A DNA stretch of 24,002 nucleotides, from UHGV virus genome UHGV-0067928. One strand, given 5' to 3'. This document shows positions 17,973-24,002 of this stretch, piece after piece. A program made the translations under genes and the position numbers. The DNA is from a virus. The notes under the pieces are model-generated. The model did not search any database, was not told the DNA's origin, and saw only the letters and a list, made by a program, of their open reading frames with translations. The first letter of the stretch is position 1, and every line of letters begins with the position of its first letter.

Positions 17973-19688
17973 TTAACTCGGCATTAAGTCTGCCGGTGAC
18001 TGTGGTGGTGACTGGAATTGCTGTTGTTGTGACTCGGCGACATCTTTCAGAAGGCGTATTGCCTCCATCACTGCTTTGTCATCGATGTTTCTGGCTTGAG
18101 CCAGTTTATAGACAGTGTTTGCCTGACTCTCCATCGCATCCTGCTGGGCAGTAAATGCTTTGATTTGAGTTTGAGCAGTTTCGTTAGTTGCTTTTTGCGC
18201 TTCTGCCTGCGCTGCTACCATTTGCGCCTGAGCGAGAACCATTTCAGGATTTGGCTGGCTTTGTGCTGCCATTTGCGCCTGTTGAACAATCTGCTGCTCT
18301 TTCTCATTGCGTGGTTTTGCAATACCAGATATCAGCAGTTGGTTTCGGTTGTACTCTTTGAAGTCATCAAGGCCTTCGCCATCGATATTGTCCAGAATAA
18401 TACCCTGAATTGCCGGGCGCATTGGGTCTGTTGGAAGCATAGAGCTAAGGACATTTGTCAGTACAGAAACCGTTGCATCACGTCGTGCTGTGTAGCTTGG
18501 TCCAACATCAACCGTCACATCGTATCGACCGACAGAAAGGTCATTTAACGCAACAACAGCCCCTGTTTGCCTGTCAACAACCTGTGCGCTCAGGACAGCG
18601 ATATCATCACTTCCATCTTCGTTAACGATGCGCACTTCACGCTCTGAACCGTACACTTCACGCGCCATTGACAGCCATACTTCACCAGCGCGTTTAAGAC
18701 TTTTCGCCATATTGTCCAGATAGATAAACGAAGCCATATCTGCTCTGTTCATCAAGTTGTTAACCGTTTCCTGAGCAATATTACTTGGCATCTGCTGCAT
18801 GGCCTGACTGCCGCCTGTAACCTCCTGAATATCAGCACTGGTTTGCTGTAGTAATGCAGCCAATGCCTGATTCATAACCGCAGGCTGTGTATATCCTGCC
18901 GGGGTAGCTCCAGCGATAATGTTGCCAGATTTATCTCTCACTTCGCGCAACGGCAAGAACGCTGGGCGTTTCTTGTTGCGAGCCTCCCAGTGCTTCTCAA
19001 GTCCACGAATTTGCTCCATGCCAACTATAGGGATCTGACCGGGGTCTTGCGCTGCAGTATCAGCCAGCATTGAAACCTGAAGGTTGTACAAACGCTGTGG
19101 ATCCATTGCTTTTGCAATGTGCCCTTCGACACGCTCAATGTCATCAATGAACCAGCGTTTTCCATAAACCGGGATGAGGGGGATATGCTCACCAGGAATA
19201 CGTCGAGGTTTCTCAAGGAAACCATCACCATCCACTACGGATACATACACACGACGGCGCTTCACTGAGCGCCTTGCCACTTCCTGAAATCCAGCTATTG
19301 CCAGTTCATCTTCAATATCTTCAACCTGATCACTGTCGTATGTTGCAATCTCTCCAGTGATTGAATGTCGATAACTGATGACGTCAACAGACTCTTTACG
19401 AACTTCGTAATACTTCGCTATGTAAATAACATCTGCATCAAACCAGTCATATTCCCAACTGGTCATAGACGTTACATCCAGAGAAGCAGGAGGTTTCTTT
19501 CCGTATTCAGCCTCATATTTTTCAGGTGACAACGAATACATGCAGAACGCCCACAACGCGTCAGATTTGTCGTACTTCTTAGCGTCAGGGTCAAACCACA
19601 CAGAGCGCGACGGGTCGTATATTGGTTCAATAGCAATACGCTGACGATCGTCCATGGGGTCGTATTCATTGACCAGCATCGACGTCAA
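17973..19688 (-). pseudogene. Portal protein (P22 gp1-like), 5'-truncated
   Basis: Aligns to P22 portal from about residue 150 onward (e.g. GFQEVARRSVKRRRVYVSVV versus the P22 ...IKRRRVYKSII region) through the Q-rich C-terminal barrel. An in-frame stop 12 codons upstream and no ATG; the ORF-track start is a TTG. Confidence 0.8.
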
Positions 19689-19713
19689 ACGGAAGCAACC
19701 GAAACCACCAGCA

Positions 19714-19923
19714 ACCGAGGTTCATGTCGGAATTAATGGCGTGATGCAAATGCTTGGCGGCATTGGCGACAGCAAACAACAAGCAGCCAGCAGGCAATCA
19801 CAGAAGCCACAGCAGCAATCATCACCAGCACAACACAACGAACCTCCGATGGATTTTGACGACGATATCCCCTTTGCACCAGTAACTCTCCCTTTCCCTC
19901 GTCACGCTATTCACGCAATTTAA
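19714..19923 (+). pseudogene. ssb: ssb 3' fragment (single-stranded DNA-binding protein C-terminal tail)
   Basis: TEVHVGINGVMQMLGG...NEPPMDFDDDIPF matches the SSB C-terminal region and acidic tip. The OB-fold N-domain is absent, and 15 extra codons follow DDDIPF before the stop. Confidence 0.75.
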
Positions 19924-19931
19924 GGACTTAC

Positions 19932-20480
19932 ATGAATCACTTGATGGTTGACCTTGAAACAATGGGCAACGGGCCATACGCGCCAGTTATTTCTATTGGG
20001 GCGGTATTCTTTGACCCGAATACCGGAGAAACAGGAGAAGAGTTCTCGGTAAATATCTCGCTTGAGTCATCAATGCGATATCTGGCGCGTCCTGACGCTT
20101 CAACGATTTTATGGTGGCTGGAACAGAGTGAAGAAGCCAGAAAATCGCTAACCAGCAACACTCAGGAGCTTTCAACGGCTCTTTCATGGTTATCTGAATT
20201 CATCATAAAGAACGCCAACCACAAACTCGTTCAGGTTTGGGGGAATGGAGCATCATTTGACTGCGTTATTCTCCGCAACAGTTATTCGCTGACAGGGCAG
20301 CCAGTTCCGTGGCAGTGGTGGAATGACCGCGACGTAATAACAATCGTCGAACTTGGGAAGGTAATAGGATTCGATCCTAAGCGAGATATGCCATTCAAAG
20401 GAACTCGCCACAACGCGCTTGATGATGCCATCCACCAAGCCAAATACGTTTCAGCGATCTGGAAAAAGTTAGCTAAATAA
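19932..20480 (+). CDS. DEDD-type 3'-5' exonuclease (DnaQ/RNase T-like)
   Basis: N-terminal MVDLETMGN (Exo I D-x-E motif) and C-terminal H-x-A-x-x-D (HNALDDA); 182 aa; SD AAGGA. Confidence 0.7.
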   Translation: MNHLMVDLETMGNGPYAPVISIGAVFFDPNTGETGEEFSVNISLESSMRYLARPDASTILWWLEQSEEARKSLTSNTQELSTALSWLSEFIIKNANHKLVQVWGNGASFDCVILRNSYSLTGQPVPWQWWNDRDVITIVELGKVIGFDPKRDMPFKGTRHNALDDAIHQAKYVSAIWKKLAK

Positions 20481-20496
20481 TCAACAGGAGAAAACC

Positions 20497-20793
20497 ATGC
20501 CAGCGCCTCTATATGGTGCGGACGACCCGCGCCGCTGTTCCGGCAATTCCATATCGGAGGTGCTGGAAAATATCAAGAATAATCTCGACGCGTTTCTTTC
20601 TCTGCCACCAGAAACAAAAGAAGAACGGAAGTACCGACGCGATATACAACTCGCAGAAAAACAGGAAAAAGACCGAATAAACGAAACATCAATCCGACCA
20701 TTCCGCAAATCCACATATACCCACTTCCCTGAATATATCGACCCGCGCCTGCGTAATTACCGCTCACGCTATGGCGCTATCAGTAATGACTGA
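20497..20793 (+). CDS. Hypothetical protein (98 aa)
   Basis: SD AGGAG 6 nt upstream of the ATG; basic C-terminal half; no domain recognised. Confidence 0.5.
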   Translation: MPAPLYGADDPRRCSGNSISEVLENIKNNLDAFLSLPPETKEERKYRRDIQLAEKQEKDRINETSIRPFRKSTYTHFPEYIDPRLRNYRSRYGAISND

Positions 20794-20803
20794 GGAATTT
20801 ACC

Positions 20804-20968
20804 ATGAGAGGACTTGCATACAATCCCGGCATTCTTCCGGCAGAAATGATTATTCGCCAACGCGTAAAGCCAATGCCATCGAGAGAGGAATTACTTAAGA
20901 GAAATTCTTTTCCATCAGTGAATCAAAACAAGTATCTGAATGCGATGTTGCGGAGTGGGAAGAAATGA
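20804..20968 (+). CDS. Hypothetical protein (54 aa)
   Basis: ATG at 20804 preceded by TGAGGAA; stop overlaps the next start (ATGA). Confidence 0.4.
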   Translation: MRGLAYNPGILPAEMIIRQRVKPMPSREELLKRNSFPSVNQNKYLNAMLRSGKK

Positions 20969-21555
20969 AACAAATGACACTAATTGAGATGGATGGATTT
21001 CTGAAAGGTAAATGCATTCCACGAGATTTAAAGGTTAACGAAACAAACGCTGAATATCTGGTGCGTAAATTTGCTGAAGCGGAGGCCAAGATTTCGGCTC
21101 TGTACGAAGACCACCAGAAAGCGATTGAGTCAATTAAGCAGGCTGATGCAGCTGTTAAGTTGGCACACGAGAAGTTTTCAGCGCTGGCTGCTGAGAATGC
21201 TGGGCTGAAGGCTGTGGAGTCCAACCTGGTGAGAAACATAATTAACGACCTTGGCGATACGGAATACCAATACGAAAAAGTCCAAACCCCAGCTACCGAC
21301 GCTTTCCTGGCTGAAGTACGTGCGGAAGCACGCAACGAGGGGATTAACTATACCGCCAGCCGTCTTGCTGCTGCGTTCAATCACGGATTTATCAATAAGT
21401 CTTTGCGTGAAGTTTTCGACGTTACACGCATGATTTTGTCAGCGAAAGAAGAGTTGGCTAATGAAGCGCATCCGATTGATGGCCTATCTGGTGAATATGC
21501 GGAGAAATCCCTTGAAGAATGGGCGGAACAGATTCGCAAAGGAGGCAACCAGTGA
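20965..21555 (+). CDS. Hypothetical coiled-coil protein (196 aa)
   Basis: Translationally coupled on both sides; Ala/Glu-rich heptad-like segments. Confidence 0.55.
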   Translation: MKQMTLIEMDGFLKGKCIPRDLKVNETNAEYLVRKFAEAEAKISALYEDHQKAIESIKQADAAVKLAHEKFSALAAENAGLKAVESNLVRNIINDLGDTEYQYEKVQTPATDAFLAEVRAEARNEGINYTASRLAAAFNHGFINKSLREVFDVTRMILSAKEELANEAHPIDGLSGEYAEKSLEEWAEQIRKGGNQ

Positions 21556-22349
21556 GCAAGATTGACTATCAGGCACTGCGTGACAAGGCAGAGAAAGCAA
21601 CGTGTGGGGTGTGGTCGCTCGAATATGGAGAGAGCCGATTTGATTGTGATGATGCGCTAATTCATCGTGAAATTGCTGGATATATTCCCATTTGCAGAAT
21701 TGAAGGAGCGCATCCAGAAAGCGGCTTCGATGAAGATTTCCAAATGGAACAGCAGGCCAATGCTGAATTCATCGCCGCAGCCAGTCCAGCTACCGTGCTG
21801 GCGCTACTTGATGAACTGGAAGCAGCAGAGAAGCGGATTGCTGAATTGGAGTCGCTGACGGCTCCACGGTTAACGCAGCAAGCGGTGCCGGATGAAATGC
21901 CGGAGCCAGATACCACGAGAATGTTCTTTACCGATGCAGTTGTGGCAATAGCTAAGGCTCAAGGCTGGAACGCATGCCGCGCCGCTATGCTTCATGGGGC
22001 CGAACCTGTAAGTGAACATGATGAGTTGCCGCTGGACTATCTTCAAGGACACAAAGACGGCCTGGAGTGGGCTGCACAATTGGCAGAAGCCAATCATCCG
22101 CAAACAGGTGACTGGTTGTACGACGACCCAATCGATCTTGCCAGGGCGATTCGTAAAGGTCCTGATATGCCTACTGTTCAGGCTGGCAACTCTCCGGTAA
22201 CTCCGGATGGTTGGGTTATGGTGCCGAAGGAGCCAACTCAGGCCATGATTAAAGCGTGGCTATCAGAGATTGCTAACTTTCGCGGTCATGCTGCTGGTTA
22301 CAGGGCTGCTATAGAAGCAGCACCACAACTGGAGGTTAACCGTGGCTAA
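21552..22349 (+). CDS. Hypothetical early-region protein (about 265 aa)
   Basis: GTG at 21552 overlapping the upstream stop (GTGA), with AAAGGAGG 7 nt upstream. Coiled-coil centre. No confident family. Confidence 0.55.
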   Translation: MSKIDYQALRDKAEKATCGVWSLEYGESRFDCDDALIHREIAGYIPICRIEGAHPESGFDEDFQMEQQANAEFIAAASPATVLALLDELEAAEKRIAELESLTAPRLTQQAVPDEMPEPDTTRMFFTDAVVAIAKAQGWNACRAAMLHGAEPVSEHDELPLDYLQGHKDGLEWAAQLAEANHPQTGDWLYDDPIDLARAIRKGPDMPTVQAGNSPVTPDGWVMVPKEPTQAMIKAWLSEIANFRGHAAGYRAAIEAAPQLEVNRG

Positions 22350-22626
22350 CCTGCAACTTGCCGTCAAAGGTGAATACTTCGATTCCATGATTCGCGGAGA
22401 TAAAACGGAAGAGTATCGCCTATGTAATGACTACTGGAATAAGCGAATTATGTTCCGCGAGTATGACCGCCTGATTATCACAAAGGGATATCCGAAGCGC
22501 GAAGATTCCAGCCGTAGAATTGACGTCCCGTACGACGGATATGAAATCAAGACAATCACACATCCGCACTTCGGTGATAAACCGGTAAAGGTATTCGCGA
22601 TAAAGGTGAATATCGGCAATGAATAA
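22342..22626 (+). CDS. ASCH-domain protein (putative)
   Basis: Contains GDKTEEYR, which matches the GxKxxExR signature of ASCH/PUA-like domains; 94 aa; GTG start with GGAGG upstream. Confidence 0.5.
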   Translation: MANLQLAVKGEYFDSMIRGDKTEEYRLCNDYWNKRIMFREYDRLIITKGYPKREDSSRRIDVPYDGYEIKTITHPHFGDKPVKVFAIKVNIGNE

Positions 22627-22668
22627 CAATCCTCGCACTCGCGGGGATTTCTTTTATATGGGGATAAT

Positions 22669-23469
22669 ATGGCCATCCACTTTCACGGCAGCCCAATATG
22701 GGGGGATGAGCATGCCCCCACAGATATGCTGATTAAAGCCCTTTACCGTGATGGTGGGGCTTTTGTTTCATTCGCCAGACCAGAGCAGATGAAAAAGATT
22801 GCCATGTTCCCTTGTGATATACGCCTTGATAACGGCGCTTTTAGCGACTGGATGAAAGCATTAAAGAAAGGCACTCCGGTAGACTGGAGTAAGAGACGAG
22901 CAAAATTCTACGATTTTGTTGGGAAGTGGTTCAGCAGAATTGAATGGTTTCTTATACCTGACGTTATCGAAGGGACAGAGGCAGAAAACGACGAGCAGAT
23001 TGAGTTGGTTCCTGATTGGCTAAAATCAAAAGCGGTTCCTGTCTGGCATACCGACGAATCAATTGAACGTCTTTTACGCCTTTCTGGCAAATTTGAATGG
23101 GTGGCGATTGGATGCTGCGGCCCACACAGGCACATACGCTCTAAATGGTGGGAACAGAGAATGGATGAAGTTTTCACTGAGCTTTATATCAATCGTAATT
23201 TGAAAGTGAAAATTCATGGTCTTCGAATGCTCGACGTGAGAGTTCTTGGTATGTATCCGTTCGCCAGTGCGGATTCTACTAATGTTGCTGTTAACGTACC
23301 GAAGACAGAGAAGCGATTTCCTGAGATTATCGACAAACTGGCACGTACAGCTGTACTTCGCGCTGCTATTGAAAAGGTGCACCCGCCATCGATATCAGCA
23401 TGGGTAGACAGAAAGATGAGAGAGCCGGCGCAAGCCGGTTTTTTATTTGAATTCACCGACGCCGCTTAA
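22669..23469 (+). CDS. Hypothetical protein (266 aa), function unknown
   Basis: Long clean ORF with a mixed alpha/beta character; no motif recognised. Flanked by 13-bp direct repeats GGATTTCTTTTAT. Confidence 0.55.
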   Translation: MAIHFHGSPIWGDEHAPTDMLIKALYRDGGAFVSFARPEQMKKIAMFPCDIRLDNGAFSDWMKALKKGTPVDWSKRRAKFYDFVGKWFSRIEWFLIPDVIEGTEAENDEQIELVPDWLKSKAVPVWHTDESIERLLRLSGKFEWVAIGCCGPHRHIRSKWWEQRMDEVFTELYINRNLKVKIHGLRMLDVRVLGMYPFASADSTNVAVNVPKTEKRFPEIIDKLARTAVLRAAIEKVHPPSISAWVDRKMREPAQAGFLFEFTDAA

Positions 23470-23526
23470 TGCGGATTTCTTTTATCTGAACTCGCTACGG
23501 CGGGTTTTGCTTTATGGAGATGATAA

Positions 23527-23694
23527 ATGCACTTCCGAGTCACAGGTGAATGGAATGGAGAGCCATTCAACAGAGTTATCGAAGCAGAGGACATCAATGA
23601 CTGCTATAACCACTGGATGATATGGGCGCAGATAGCAAATGCAGACATAACCAATATTCGAATTGAAGAACTGAAAGAACACCAAACCGCCTGA
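23527..23694 (+). CDS. Small hypothetical protein (55 aa), below the ORF-track size cutoff
   Basis: ATG at 23527 with GGAGA 6 nt upstream; its stop is embedded in the following terminator. Confidence 0.35.
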   Translation: MHFRVTGEWNGEPFNRVIEAEDINDCYNHWMIWAQIANADITNIRIEELKEHQTA

Positions 23695-23708
23695 TGGCGG
23701 TTTTTTAT
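23684..23708 (+). terminator. Intrinsic terminator upstream of xis
   Basis: AAACCGCC-TGAT-GGCGGTTT followed by a T-run (TTTTTTATT). Confidence 0.6.
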
Positions 23709-23751
23709 TGCCTGATTTGCAGGTTCGATTCCCTATTCGGAGATAGCACTC

Positions 23752-23952
23752 ATGCAACACGAACTACAGCCTGATTCACTGGTTGATTTGAAATTCATCA
23801 TGGCTGATACTGGCTTTGGTAAAACCTTCATCTATGACCGGATTAAGTCCGGAGACCTGCCTAAAGCCAAAGTTATCCACGGGCGAGCAAGATGGTTATA
23901 TCGTGACCATTGTGAATTCAAAAATAAGCTCTTAAGCCGCGCCAATGGGTAA
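23752..23952 (+). CDS. xis: Excisionase / AlpA-family DNA-binding protein
   Basis: 66 aa with the pattern of AlpA/Xis-type winged-helix proteins (FGKTFIYDRIKSGDLPKAKVIHGRARW). These are normally encoded just upstream of P4-type integrase genes. Confidence 0.75.
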   Translation: MQHELQPDSLVDLKFIMADTGFGKTFIYDRIKSGDLPKAKVIHGRARWLYRDHCEFKNKLLSRANG

Positions 23953-24002
23953 AATAGCGGGTAAAATATTTCTCACATCTAAAAAACACCATTCTAATCA
24001 AC

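Noticed and set aside
19654-19923. Treating the 89-aa ORF at 19654-19923 as an intact small gene
   Set aside because: Its first 20 codons are antisense to the portal remnant and only the rest matches the SSB C-terminal tail; it is a fusion artefact of the junction.
22669-23469. Calling the 266-aa protein a DpdA/tRNA-guanine-transglycosylase-like DNA-modification enzyme
   Set aside because: I could not find the zinc-binding CxCxxC...H motif or accompanying preQ0 synthesis genes; left as unknown.
1-24002. CRISPR arrays, rRNA or tRNA genes, insertion-sequence transposases
   Set aside because: No regularly spaced short repeats, no rRNA-like segments, no complete tRNA cloverleaf and no transposase-like ORF were seen; the only tRNA-like signal is an isolated 11-mer.

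Overview
The window reads as a P22-like (Lederbergvirus-type) temperate podovirus genome in circular, phage-form topology, carrying a large internal deletion. Left to right: a P4-type tyrosine integrase (+), an att-like intergenic region with two face-to-face terminators, then on the minus strand a mosaic tailspike, the immI region (ant, arc, a sar-like antisense RNA, divergent mnt), a self-contained two-gene operon of unknown function with a divergent small membrane protein (the locus where P22 carries sieA), the ejection proteins (gp16, gp20, gp7, gp14), tail needle gp26, tail hub gp10 flanked by two paralogous HNH homing-endonuclease genes, gp4, coat, scaffold and a 5'-truncated portal gene. 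At about 19.69-19.71 kb the portal fragment abuts the 3' end of an ssb gene, followed by plus-strand early-left accessory genes (DEDD exonuclease, ASCH protein, several unknowns) and an AlpA/Xis-like excisionase at the right edge. Terminase, lysis, replication and c2/cro immunity genes are absent. The most interesting candidate for an undescribed system is the two-gene operon at 5555-6579 with its own promoter and terminator. All assignments rest on reading the translations and DNA by eye and on recalled family knowledge; no database search or computation was run.
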